From Bacteroidales bacterium (GTDB lineage: Bacteria; Bacteroidota; Bacteroidia; Bacteroidales; VadinHA17), in assembly GCA_049294275.1 (NCBI GenBank), contig JBAQCQ010000076.1, forward strand, positions 3,066 to 67,065: a DNA stretch of 64,000 nucleotides. Direction: 5' to 3'. The translations under genes and the position numbers were made by a program. Under the pieces are notes generated by a model. That model did not search any database. It was not told where the DNA came from and was given only the letters and a program-made list of their open reading frames with translations. Position 1 is the first letter of the stretch. The number at the start of each line of letters is the position of its first letter. Positions 18,704 through 28,087 of this stretch are shown here, piece after piece.

Positions 18704-19078
18704 ATGATGCGTTTGCTTCTGCTGTTTGTGATAACCCTGATCGCCCTGCTGGCCTCCTGTTTCTATGACAATGAAGAGGCAATGTATCCTTCAAACAGCA
18801 CTCTCTGCGATACGACGAATGTTACCTTCAGCGGGACAATTGCACCAATACTGGCCGGCAACTGCCTCTCATGCCACTCCAATGCCACAGCGGCCGGTTT
18901 TGGCAACAATATCCGGCTCGAGGCCTATGCAGATGTTCAGTTAAAAGCCGCCGCCGTTGCCGGATCAATAAAGCATACCGGCAGCTATTCACCTATGCCC
19001 AAGAACGGAGGGAAGCTGAAGGATTGTGCAATAAAACAGTTTGATATCTGGGTAAGACAGGGAATGCCGAATATTTAA
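18704..19078 (+). CDS. Exported lipoprotein with one PSCyt1-like cytochrome c module
   Basis: Lipobox LLASC, CLSCH at 18863-18877, YSPMPKNGG and FDIWVRQG. Alignable to module 3 of the upstream protein. Confidence 0.65.
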   Translation: MMRLLLLFVITLIALLASCFYDNEEAMYPSNSTLCDTTNVTFSGTIAPILAGNCLSCHSNATAAGFGNNIRLEAYADVQLKAAAVAGSIKHTGSYSPMPKNGGKLKDCAIKQFDIWVRQGMPNI

Positions 19079-19091
19079 CACTGAACATTTT

Positions 19092-20000
19092 ATGAGACGA
19101 GCTATACCAGCAGTCCTGATTTTTATGCTGTCTGTCAGCCTGTCAGCCCAGGATGACCTGATGGATCTGCTGAATGAAGACAGCGCCGGGGAGGTCAGCT
19201 TTGCCACTGCTACATTCAAGTCGACCCGCATTATGAACGGCCACTCGATCGAGAGAATGCCTTCAGGACAGCTTGATTTCAGGATTTCACACCGTTTCGG
19301 GAGATTGAATTCAGGGGCTTATGAGTTCTTCGGACTCGATCAGTCAAATATCCACTTCGGTCTCGAATACGGGATAACCGACTGGCTGATGATCGGAGTC
19401 GGAAGGGGTTCCTTTGAGAAGACCTTCGACGGATTTGTCAGGTTCTCCGCCTTGCGCCAGTCGTCGGGGGCTAAAACAATGCCGGTCTCAGTCTCTTTTT
19501 TCTCCGCAACCGCTCTGGAAACCGTGAAATGGGCTGATCCGGAACGGACCAATTACTTCTCGTCGCGACTTTCATACTGCAGTCAGTTATTGATTGCCAG
19601 GAAGATAAACCAGGCATTTTCTTTTCAGCTGACTCCCTCGTACGTGCACCGCAATCTCGTTGCCACTGAGATAGATCCCAATGATTTATGGGCCATCGGG
19701 GCAGGAGGGAGAATGAAACTCACAAAACGGATTAGCCTGAACGCCGAGTATTACTATGTCATCAATGCAAACAACACCTACATGAGCCAGCCTGTTTATA
19801 ACCCGCTCTCAGTCGGATTTGACGTTGAGACCGGCGGTCATGTATTCCAGCTTATCTTCACCAACTCGCTTTCAATGATAGAAAAGGGATTTATCGGGGA
19901 GACTACGGGTCAGTGGCTAAAGGGTGATATACATTTCGGTTTTAATATTTCAAGGGTGTTCACCCTGAAGAGAAGGCCGGCCGGACCTGAAGCACGATAG
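19092..20000 (+). CDS. Predicted outer-membrane beta-barrel protein (DUF5777-like)
   Basis: Signal peptide MRRAIPAVLIFMLSVSLSAQD. FKSTRIMNGHSIE...LDFRISHRFG and alternating-hydrophobic strands to the C-terminus. Confidence 0.55.
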   Translation: MRRAIPAVLIFMLSVSLSAQDDLMDLLNEDSAGEVSFATATFKSTRIMNGHSIERMPSGQLDFRISHRFGRLNSGAYEFFGLDQSNIHFGLEYGITDWLMIGVGRGSFEKTFDGFVRFSALRQSSGAKTMPVSVSFFSATALETVKWADPERTNYFSSRLSYCSQLLIARKINQAFSFQLTPSYVHRNLVATEIDPNDLWAIGAGGRMKLTKRISLNAEYYYVINANNTYMSQPVYNPLSVGFDVETGGHVFQLIFTNSLSMIEKGFIGETTGQWLKGDIHFGFNISRVFTLKRRPAGPEAR

Positions 20001-20092
20001 GCCTTCCTGAGATTATTGCAACGTAAACATTAAAAGCTTTCGGTTGTTTAAGAATTGTTAAACATGATTACTGAAAAAATAAAATATAGAAG

Positions 20093-20641
20093 ATGAAACG
20101 TCTTACCATACTTTTATTGCTGACGATCATTACACTTTCTGTCAGTGCACAGAAGTTCATGACCAAAAACGGTTTTATCAGTTTCTTCTCTCACACGCCC
20201 ATGGAGGATATAAAGGCAGAAAACAACCAGGTTGCCGGAGTCATTGACAGTTCGACTGGTGAGTTGGTTTTCCAGGTCCTGATAAAATCCTTTCATTTTG
20301 ACCGCACCCTTATGGAGGAGCATTTCAACGAGAACTATATGGAGTCAGACAAGTTCCCGAAAGCGACCTTCAGGGGAAAAATAACGGACCTGAAGTCGGT
20401 CGACTTTACAAAGAATGGCAGCTATGAGGTTCTGGTTGAAGGAGATCTGACTATTCGTGATGTGACTAAAAAGATATCTGTAAAGGGAACAGTTGAAGTG
20501 ATCAGCGGCGGGTTGAATGCCGGTACGAAATTCACCATTGCACCGGAAGATTACAATATTAAAATTCCTCCTGTGGTAAGAGACAATATTGCAAAGACCT
20601 TCGAGGTTACGGTAGCCATGAAATATGCTCCCGTTCAATAA
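20093..20641 (+). CDS. YceI-family (polyisoprenoid/lipid-binding) periplasmic protein
   Basis: Signal peptide plus GFISFFSHTPMEDI, FHFDRTLMEEHFNENYMESDKFPKATF and GDLTIRDVTK, all YceI-like lipocalin-fold motifs. Confidence 0.75.
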   Translation: MKRLTILLLLTIITLSVSAQKFMTKNGFISFFSHTPMEDIKAENNQVAGVIDSSTGELVFQVLIKSFHFDRTLMEEHFNENYMESDKFPKATFRGKITDLKSVDFTKNGSYEVLVEGDLTIRDVTKKISVKGTVEVISGGLNAGTKFTIAPEDYNIKIPPVVRDNIAKTFEVTVAMKYAPVQ

Positions 20642-20647
20642 TAAGGA

Positions 20648-21082
20648 ATGCCAGGTATGAAAAAGAATCTGAGAATTGCACTGATAGCAATAGCCGTACT
20701 GGCTGTAGCTGGTGCTGCCACCGGGTATTATTTATACAACCTGACGCCAAAAGATCTGGGCAGGGAGAAGCCAGATTTCATAGTTACCTCTGATGACTTA
20801 CTGAAGTCATTTGAGGAGAACGAAACCGCCGCAGCCGTAAAATATGTCAACAGAATAATTGAGGTAAGCGGGGAGGTGAGTTCTGTTGAGATTGGTGAGA
20901 ACAATTCAGTGAATATATCCCTGAAGACGAACAGTGATTTTTCTTCCGTCATCTGTACTTTTCCCTCAGAAGTCAATACTGAACAAATCAGGGAAGGATC
21001 CCGGATTTCTGTCAGGGGGCAGTGTTCGGGATATCTTATGGATGTCCTTCTCAACAACTGTGTGCTTGCAGGGAATCCATAA
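20648..21082 (+). CDS. Membrane-anchored OB-fold protein (tRNA_anti-like family)
   Basis: N-terminal TM helix (LRIALIAIAVLAVAGAATGYYLY). ...AAAVKYVNRIIEVSGEVSSVE...ISVRGQCSGYLMDVLLNNC matches the PF12869-type pattern. Confidence 0.6.
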   Translation: MPGMKKNLRIALIAIAVLAVAGAATGYYLYNLTPKDLGREKPDFIVTSDDLLKSFEENETAAAVKYVNRIIEVSGEVSSVEIGENNSVNISLKTNSDFSSVICTFPSEVNTEQIREGSRISVRGQCSGYLMDVLLNNCVLAGNP

Positions 21083-21138
21083 CCGGCACCTCATTCCAAA
21101 GATTACAAGTTCAGAGACGGGTCAGTGTACCAGCTCTG

Positions 21139-21789
21139 TTATCTGTCGTCGAAGACACGCTGCAGGCAGCCGGGCAGCTCTCTGGGGTCATCTGCCATCT
21201 GATCGGGAGAGAGGGAAGCAAGCAGCTCTCGCCGGTTCATTCCCCATGACACCGAAACAACCGGTATTCCCGCACTTTTGGATGCCACGATATCCCTCGC
21301 TTCATCACCGACATAAATGACTTTGTCAGCTGTGAGGTTTTCATGCATGAGTAATCGCCTGATAACCTTATCCTTTCCAAAGAGGCTTTTGCCGCTGTAA
21401 ATGAAATCAAAGAGACCGGACAGGTTATTAATATCCAGAAACTTACCGACATTGTTCACGGAGTTTGAGGTGAGGATTCCCATCCTGTAACCTCTCCCGC
21501 GGATCTCCCGGAGGGAATCGTCCATACCCCTTATAAATTTTATTTCAGGAATGTAACTGTTTAATTCTCTTCTGATCCTCAGCATAAGTGAAAGCAGTTT
21601 CAGCCGTGAGACGCCGTATATTTTCAGCAGCTCCTGCGGCTTTTTTGTCCGGAACAGATCAAGGTCCTCAGGGCCTGCACGCCTGCAGTTATATTCAGGT
21701 GCAATCGTGTTGTAGATCTCAAGCGTCAGGTCAAACGTGTCGGCGATCGTTCCGTCAAAATCGAATATAATGTATCTTGAATCATTCAT
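21139..21789 (-). CDS. HAD-IA family hydrolase (phosphoglycolate-phosphatase-like)
   Basis: IIFDFDGTIADT (DxDGT motif I), ILTSN (motif II), YVGDEARD (motif IV). Confidence 0.8.
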   Translation of the reverse strand: MNDSRYIIFDFDGTIADTFDLTLEIYNTIAPEYNCRRAGPEDLDLFRTKKPQELLKIYGVSRLKLLSLMLRIRRELNSYIPEIKFIRGMDDSLREIRGRGYRMGILTSNSVNNVGKFLDINNLSGLFDFIYSGKSLFGKDKVIRRLLMHENLTADKVIYVGDEARDIVASKSAGIPVVSVSWGMNRRELLASLSPDQMADDPRELPGCLQRVFDDR

Positions 21790-21855
21790 CAGTTCAGCAG
21801 TTCCTCACCAGGTCCGCAAAATAAATCATTTTTTGGTCAGTCCGGGGCGGATAAT

Positions 21856-21885
21856 AAAAAAAGTACCCGGTCACAGGCCGGGTAC
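21856..21885 (-). terminator. Rho-independent terminator downstream of the SusC/SusD/lipoprotein operon
   Basis: Perfect 8-bp GC-rich stem (GTACCCGG 21863-21870 / CCGGGTAC 21878-21885) with a 7-nt loop. On the minus strand it is followed by T7 (the plus-strand A-run 21856-21862). Confidence 0.7.
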
Positions 21886-21920
21886 CTTTGAATTTAAATC
21901 TTTTTCAGAAATCTCTCTGA

Positions 21921-22739
21921 CTACGGAGCAGGCGGAGCAGGTTTGAACACCCACACCCAGCCGGTACCATGTCCGCTGGCAGAGACAAACAAGGTTAGGC
22001 GGTCAGAGGTAAATTCCTTAATTTCAAAAACCTTACCGTCACCCTCTGTAAAACCCAGAATATTGGCGTCACCTTTTATTGTAAGTTTTGTAAAATCGGC
22101 ATTAAAGGCCCATGAGCTTCCGGTGACCGGAGTTGCAGTAGGAGATGCATAGTATGTGTAATTTGCTCCACCATTCAGGTCAAACTTCATCATGCCTGAA
22201 GCGTCAGGCGGAGGGCAGCATGTGCCTCCTGCATTCCACCACAGTCCCCCCCAGTTGCCCGGGTCTGTCATGTACCACCATAGTCCGTTATCTCCTCCTA
22301 CGCCGTCAAAAACCCATGTCTTCCCTTCGAGGTTTGCACCTACGAGCTTATAGTAAGCCTCAGGGAGTTCATGGTCAAGCTGGGTAATAGTGACATCAAC
22401 GCTCTTGGATATGTAGCTGACAGCATCCACCTGGTTGTTATCCATGTAGGGAGTGGTGACATAGAATGTAAAAGTGCTCGTTCCCGGGATGGGGAAAATA
22501 ACATCCACCCTGTCTGAGAACTTCTTGTCTATCACATAATCCCAGTATCCGACGATGCCCGGTGTTTTCATCCGGATCGAAAGCTCATTTCCGCCGGTTG
22601 TGGACTGCACAACCTCGAGCTGGATATCATCCGGATCGAAGCTGTTTGTGAGAACATCCCTGTTCTCGATCGGTTCGCATGCTGCAAAGAAGACCATCAG
22701 CGCTCCGAAGATCAGGCTTATTGTTTTATTCATTTTCAT
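21921..22739 (-). CDS. PUL-associated surface lipoprotein (SusE/F-position glycan-binding candidate)
   Basis: Lipobox FFAAC. Trp/Gly-rich (GLWWYMTDPGNWGGLWWNAGGTCC). Sits immediately downstream of the SusD-like gene. Confidence 0.5.
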   Translation of the reverse strand: MKMNKTISLIFGALMVFFAACEPIENRDVLTNSFDPDDIQLEVVQSTTGGNELSIRMKTPGIVGYWDYVIDKKFSDRVDVIFPIPGTSTFTFYVTTPYMDNNQVDAVSYISKSVDVTITQLDHELPEAYYKLVGANLEGKTWVFDGVGGDNGLWWYMTDPGNWGGLWWNAGGTCCPPPDASGMMKFDLNGGANYTYYASPTATPVTGSSWAFNADFTKLTIKGDANILGFTEGDGKVFEIKEFTSDRLTLFVSASGHGTGWVWVFKPAPPAP

Positions 22740-22772
22740 ATCTGTATGAATTTCATGTTATTACTATAACTG

Positions 22773-24494
22773 TTACCATCCGGGATTCTGTTCATAGACC
22801 CCGTTGGAGAGGCGGATTTCGGATTCCGGTATCGGAACCAGTCCCTTTATTTCAGGGCGGTAGGTGGCAGTGTAAGTGCCTGCTACCCCTGAGTTCATCA
22901 CGTTACATTGGGTAGCAAAGTAGCTCTTGGTCGGGTCATCAACATCGCCCCATCTTACCAGGTCAAACCATCTCAGTCCTTCGAATGCAAGTTCATAAAG
23001 TCTTTCCTTCTTGAGGTTGTCAAGAGAGTAAGTCACCGGAGGAAGGTCAGCCCTGGCCCTGACGGCATTGATACCATCTGCTGTCTCGGTAAGTTCGGAA
23101 TGCATGAGGAGAACGTCAGCATACCTGAGGTAGTAGTAGTCCTGGGCATGCCACAGCTGCATGTCTTTATTTGTATAATTATAAATATAGTAGAACATGC
23201 CTGCTACATCATCTTCGCCCGAATGCTGCAGACTTACATATTTCTTGTTGAAGAGGCCTGTTTCATGGTCACCCTTGTTTGGCTGATAACCGCCGGTGCC
23301 CTGTTCTGCCTTGCCCATTTCAAGGACTGAGCCGAGTTTCCTCGGGTCTTCGTTGGGCCATGCATTGAAGAATACAGGATGGATCGGTCCCCATCCCCAG
23401 CCTTCGCCGAAGGGCACCAGTGAATTGCCCCTTATACCGAAGAAGAGAGATACACGGTTATTGTATTTCGGACCTTCATTCCATCCCCAGTTGCCGAAAG
23501 CAAACCTTTTGGCAAACATAACCTCTTTGTTTCCCGTACCCACGGTAGAGTTCGGACCATCCTGGCCAACCCAGTCAAGTCCTTCGGTAGCAGCCCAAGG
23601 CAGTACTGTATTGCTGCCGGCGCTTTTGTTCACATAAGAGTAGGGCCAGAGATTCCTGAAGTCAGGAGTAAGTTCATAGTGGCTGTTGGTAATCACATCA
23701 TTAAGAGCGTCTATTGCATCTGTCTTGGTCAGGCTGCCGCCTTCCGGAAGAGGAAGGTCAGTAGTAGCCTGGTTCTCGATGTTTGTCATATAACCGGTAT
23801 AGAAAAGGTATGTACGGGCGAGATAGGCCTGTGCAACCCACCTGTTGGTATGACCGTATTCAGCCAGTGGAACAGTCATGGGATTTATTGCCGGCATTGT
23901 TTCAGCAGCTTTTTTAAAGTCAGCCGCGATCTGTCCGAATGTTTCGGTGAAGGTTGCACGTGCAACATCACGCGGAGAATCCGATTTGGGAATCAGCGGC
24001 ATGCCACCGAAGAACCTTGCGGCCCGGTACATGAAGAAGCCTCTCATGAAATAGGCCTCACCAAGGGCTGTGTTTTTAAAGGTTTCTGCTTCTGAGGCAG
24101 TATTGAAATAGCTTGAGTAATCGGCCTCAGCGACAGCCTCAATGATGGCATTTGTACGGTATACACCGTTGTAGGTCTGCTTCCAGAGGTCACGGTAGGT
24201 ATCCTCTGTCGGGTCAAGGAAGTTATCGCAGTTTTTTGCTGTAATATCATCCGGACCGCCGCCTCCGAGCATATAGTCGCTCATGAGGTTTGCAGCCAGA
24301 TGTTCTTCGCCGAAGACTCCGTTGACATACAGAGCATTGTAGGCACCAGCCATTGCTTCAGTGATATCCGTCGGTGTTTTGTAAAAGTTCGTAAGATCCT
24401 TCTGATACAGGTTCCGTGTATCGAGAAAATCCTCACAGCCGCTTACCAGAAGGGCCGTTGCAGCAATTATTATAAAGATAAATTTTTTCATCAT
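22773..24494 (-). CDS. SusD/RagB-family nutrient-binding outer-membrane lipoprotein
   Basis: Lipobox LLVSGC. AYNALY, RAARFFGGMPL, AQAYLARTYLF, RWFDLVRWG are characteristic SusD motifs. Located 10 bp downstream of SusC. Confidence 0.9.
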   Translation of the reverse strand: MMKKFIFIIIAATALLVSGCEDFLDTRNLYQKDLTNFYKTPTDITEAMAGAYNALYVNGVFGEEHLAANLMSDYMLGGGGPDDITAKNCDNFLDPTEDTYRDLWKQTYNGVYRTNAIIEAVAEADYSSYFNTASEAETFKNTALGEAYFMRGFFMYRAARFFGGMPLIPKSDSPRDVARATFTETFGQIAADFKKAAETMPAINPMTVPLAEYGHTNRWVAQAYLARTYLFYTGYMTNIENQATTDLPLPEGGSLTKTDAIDALNDVITNSHYELTPDFRNLWPYSYVNKSAGSNTVLPWAATEGLDWVGQDGPNSTVGTGNKEVMFAKRFAFGNWGWNEGPKYNNRVSLFFGIRGNSLVPFGEGWGWGPIHPVFFNAWPNEDPRKLGSVLEMGKAEQGTGGYQPNKGDHETGLFNKKYVSLQHSGEDDVAGMFYYIYNYTNKDMQLWHAQDYYYLRYADVLLMHSELTETADGINAVRARADLPPVTYSLDNLKKERLYELAFEGLRWFDLVRWGDVDDPTKSYFATQCNVMNSGVAGTYTATYRPEIKGLVPIPESEIRLSNGVYEQNPGW

Positions 24495-24504
24495 TTGGCT
24501 TTAT

Positions 24505-27500
24505 TTAGAATGTAACACTTGCACCAAACATTACCGTTCTCGGCAGCGGATAGAGACCAAGGTCTACACCTGAAGCCCAGCTGTCAGGGGCATAACCCAC
24601 ATCAGGATCCATTCCGTCATACTTTGTAAACGTATGGAGGTTATTCACAGAGGCATATACTGATGCGCCCTTCAGCCAGGTGAGGTTCTTGAAGAGATTA
24701 CCAAACCTGTAGCCCAGCACAACGTTGCTGATTCTGACAAAATCGGCATCATGCATATAGATATCTGAGATCAGGTTGATGTTGCGGGTAGAGGCATATC
24801 CCAGTCTCGGGATTCTGTCTGAGGTACCCTCACCATGCCAGCGGCCGAAAATCTGTGTGGTATAGTTCTGGGTGAAGTTGTCGGCAAATGACCTGTATGA
24901 CTGCATTATCTGCATGCCGAACTTTCCGGTCAGGGTAGCATTGGCATAAATGCCCTTGTACTCCGCGTTCAGCTGGAGACCCATTTCAAAGTCAGGAAGC
25001 GGGCTGCCAAGCATAACCTTGTCATCATCATTGATCAGACCGTCAAGGTTCTGGTCGATGAACTTCACATCACCCGGGCGGAGGTCTTCGAAATATGGCA
25101 GACCTTCCGGAGTGACATATTTGTCAACATCGTCCTGGTTCTGCAGCAGGCCATCGGTTTTCAATCCGTAGAAGAAGCCGATGGGAAATCCGACCTCTAC
25201 TCTTGAAATGGAGGCAGTTCCCTGTGACAGTACGTCACCCGAGCCGTTTATAATGCCTTCCGCATTTGCAAGGCGGGTTACTTCGTTGCGGTTCATTGTT
25301 CCGCTGAAAGAAGCGCCGTAGATGAAGTCTGAGACTTCGCCTTTCCAGTTGATGGTGAACTCAATTCCGGAGTTCTTGATGTCACCGCCGTTAATCCAGG
25401 GTGCGCCTGCGCCTGCAGTGCCGAGGATCGGTGCCAGAACCAGCCAGTCTTTGGTTATCTTGTTGTAGTAGTCGAATGACAACCCGAGAGCTGAATTAAA
25501 GAAGCGGGCGTCAATACCTATGTTGAGCTGTTCGGAGGTTTCCCATGTCACGTCCGGATTGGGTACGTTTGCAGGAATTGCGGTGGGTGAAGTAACAACC
25601 TTATCGGGTCCGAAATAATATCCCTGGTCAAGATAAGAGATATTCGAGCTGTAGATGAAGTTATCGATGCTCTGGTTGCCGTTCTGTCCCCAGCTGGCGC
25701 GAAGTTTACCGAAGTTGATCAGGGAGTTGCCTTTCATGAAATCTTCCTCCGTGAATATCCAGCCGGCAGATACTGACGGGAAAAAGCCCCAGCGGTTACC
25801 TTTGGCGAAGTTCGAAGAGCCGTCAGCGCGGAATACAGCATCAAGGATATATTTCTCCCTGAAGTTGTACGACAGACGTCCGTAATAGGAGAGCAATCCG
25901 CCGCCCTGGGCAGCCCAGTCAGCGCCCCAGGTATTAATACCAGCGAGTGATTCTGCAACCACATTATCAAGGTAGGCGTAATCAGGGTCACCGAAGATTG
26001 AATTTGACTTGCTTCCTCCAACATTGGAATTGAGGATATTTTTAAGGATCTCATTTCCGGCGAGAACGCTGATCTTATGCTGGTTCACGTTGAATTCATA
26101 AGATACAGTGTTTGTCAGGGTAAAGTTAATTCCCTGGTACATTGACTGCTCCACTCTGTCAGTGGTATTATTATACTGTGTGCCAAGCTTGTAGGTGGGA
26201 GCCCAGATTCTGTTATGTCCGAACCATGAGTTTATTCCGAATGATGACCTGATCCTCAGGTTCTTCATAGGCTCGATGTTGACGTATGCATTGCCTGTAA
26301 CAGTATTCCCTTTGCCCCACTGGAAGTTTGAGCGGTTGTAAAACAGCTGTGCAAGCGGGTTGGCCTGGCCAAGGGAGATACCCTCAAGGGTGGGGGTAAA
26401 CCCGTACTGGTCAGGAGACTTATCCCAGTATGCGGGTAACAGAGGATTGGTTATAAGGGCATTGTGGAGGTCATTCCAGTAAATGTTTCCTGTTCCCAGC
26501 CACTTGTTCTTTGAGTTGGTCAGGGTGAAGTTCTCGCCGACGGTGATGATGTCACGGTTGCTGCCTTTGACGAGCACCATTTCAGTGTTCAGGCGTGCCG
26601 TGAACCGAGTGAATCCGGCGTTGATCAGGTCACCGCCGAGAATACCTGCCTGGTCGAAGTAGGAGACCCCCAGAGCGTAGATTACGTCTTTAGCAGAACC
26701 CGTGATATTGATAGAATGATTCTGCACCGGGGCGTTCTTCATAGACATTTCCTCAACCCAGTCGGTGCCTTCCCAGCCGGCCTGCAGATTCGCCCAGATC
26801 TCTTCACCGAGTTGTGTTCCGAGGTTACCGGGGAAATTTGCATTGATGTATGAGTTGTTCTTCAGCAATGTTTCCCAGTCATTTGGAGCAAGCCCGTCGT
26901 TTACACGGCCTTCATCCATGATGAACATGTACTCCTGGGCATTGAGTGCAGGCAGTTTTTTGTAAATATTCTGCAACCCGTAATAGAAGTCGTAGGAAAT
27001 GACAGGGCCGGCTCCCCTGACACCTTTTTTGGTTGTCACGAGAATAACCCCGTTGGCAGCTCTTGACCCGTAAATGGCCGAGGAAGCTGCATCCTTAAGC
27101 ACGTCGATTGATTCGATGTCCGATGCGTTCAGGTAGTCTATGTTTCCGACAGATACTCCGTCAACAATGTAGAGTGGGTTCGAATTACCGATTGTGCCGA
27201 GGCCCCTGATGGTAGCCTTTGTTCCGGCACCGGGGGCGCCGCTGTTCCTGGTGACGCTTATACCGGTTGCAATACCCTGCAGTGCCTCCATTGCAGTGGA
27301 GGTATTGAGTTCCGCGATCTGGTCACCTTTCACATTCAGGTTGGCACCCGTCACCAGCGCCTTCTTCTGGACGCCGTAACCGATTACCACCACCTCATCG
27401 AGGTCAGTGGGCGCATCGGCCATTGTAATGTTGACGGTTGTTGATGTAACGGTCACCTCCACCGGTGTCATGCCGATAAAGGAAAACCTTAGTGTTGCCC

Positions 27501-27696
27501 CCATTTTTGCAGGGAGGGAGTAGGTGCCGTCAGCTCCGGAGAGAACCCCGGTATTGGTTCCGGCAACCATAATCGTCACCCCGGGAAGCGGACTTCCGTC
27601 TGCCTGGTAGGTTACGCGTCCTTGTACCGTAACGTCTTGAGCAACCAGGACCTGGGCAAACACTGCAAGGACAAATAGCATTACAGCTTTTTTCAT
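24505..27696 (-). CDS. SusC/RagA-family TonB-dependent outer-membrane transporter
   Basis: 1063 aa. CarboxypepD_reg (VTVQGRVTY..DGSPLPGVTIMV), plug (DEVVVIGYGVQKK...PLYIVDGV...DVLKDAASSAIYGSRAANGVILVTTKKG), and a C-terminal ...GASVTF barrel end. Confidence 0.92.
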   Translation of the reverse strand: MKKAVMLFVLAVFAQVLVAQDVTVQGRVTYQADGSPLPGVTIMVAGTNTGVLSGADGTYSLPAKMGATLRFSFIGMTPVEVTVTSTTVNITMADAPTDLDEVVVIGYGVQKKALVTGANLNVKGDQIAELNTSTAMEALQGIATGISVTRNSGAPGAGTKATIRGLGTIGNSNPLYIVDGVSVGNIDYLNASDIESIDVLKDAASSAIYGSRAANGVILVTTKKGVRGAGPVISYDFYYGLQNIYKKLPALNAQEYMFIMDEGRVNDGLAPNDWETLLKNNSYINANFPGNLGTQLGEEIWANLQAGWEGTDWVEEMSMKNAPVQNHSINITGSAKDVIYALGVSYFDQAGILGGDLINAGFTRFTARLNTEMVLVKGSNRDIITVGENFTLTNSKNKWLGTGNIYWNDLHNALITNPLLPAYWDKSPDQYGFTPTLEGISLGQANPLAQLFYNRSNFQWGKGNTVTGNAYVNIEPMKNLRIRSSFGINSWFGHNRIWAPTYKLGTQYNNTTDRVEQSMYQGINFTLTNTVSYEFNVNQHKISVLAGNEILKNILNSNVGGSKSNSIFGDPDYAYLDNVVAESLAGINTWGADWAAQGGGLLSYYGRLSYNFREKYILDAVFRADGSSNFAKGNRWGFFPSVSAGWIFTEEDFMKGNSLINFGKLRASWGQNGNQSIDNFIYSSNISYLDQGYYFGPDKVVTSPTAIPANVPNPDVTWETSEQLNIGIDARFFNSALGLSFDYYNKITKDWLVLAPILGTAGAGAPWINGGDIKNSGIEFTINWKGEVSDFIYGASFSGTMNRNEVTRLANAEGIINGSGDVLSQGTASISRVEVGFPIGFFYGLKTDGLLQNQDDVDKYVTPEGLPYFEDLRPGDVKFIDQNLDGLINDDDKVMLGSPLPDFEMGLQLNAEYKGIYANATLTGKFGMQIMQSYRSFADNFTQNYTTQIFGRWHGEGTSDRIPRLGYASTRNINLISDIYMHDADFVRISNVVLGYRFGNLFKNLTWLKGASVYASVNNLHTFTKYDGMDPDVGYAPDSWASGVDLGLYPLPRTVMFGASVTF

Positions 27697-28087
27697 AGAA
27701 TCAGGTTTTAGAATTGGTTAAAAAGGTAATAATTGGGTTGATAGTGTCAATAAGGCACTAAGGTATTTATTTCCATTGATTATTTCGAATATATCAGATA
27801 AAATGTAACTGTTAAAATTACCTAAAGGAAATGAACCTCTTACAGAATGGTGCCTGCAGCTTACGCAACGGCTGCAGCCAGAATCCTACTTTTTAAATAA
27901 AAAAAGGCAAAATATGATAAATATGCCATTTTCAGTCTGCGTTGTATGATGGTTTCCAAGGCCTTAAGCCAGCTCCTTAGCCAGGTTCAATTGTCTTAAA
28001 AGGGCCGGCATAACGTAACCAATCGGGCATTACTCACGTTTAACAGATTGCAGTACAACCCGGCGAGGGGGATGTAGTCACAGGTTC

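Noticed and set aside
27854-27893. 7-bp hairpin (CTGCAGC / GCTGCAG) followed 12 nt later by T5 in the SusC/adhesin intergenic region, considered as a possible sRNA terminator.
   Set aside because: The stem is short, the T-run is not adjacent, and no upstream promoter or conserved structure could be identified by eye.
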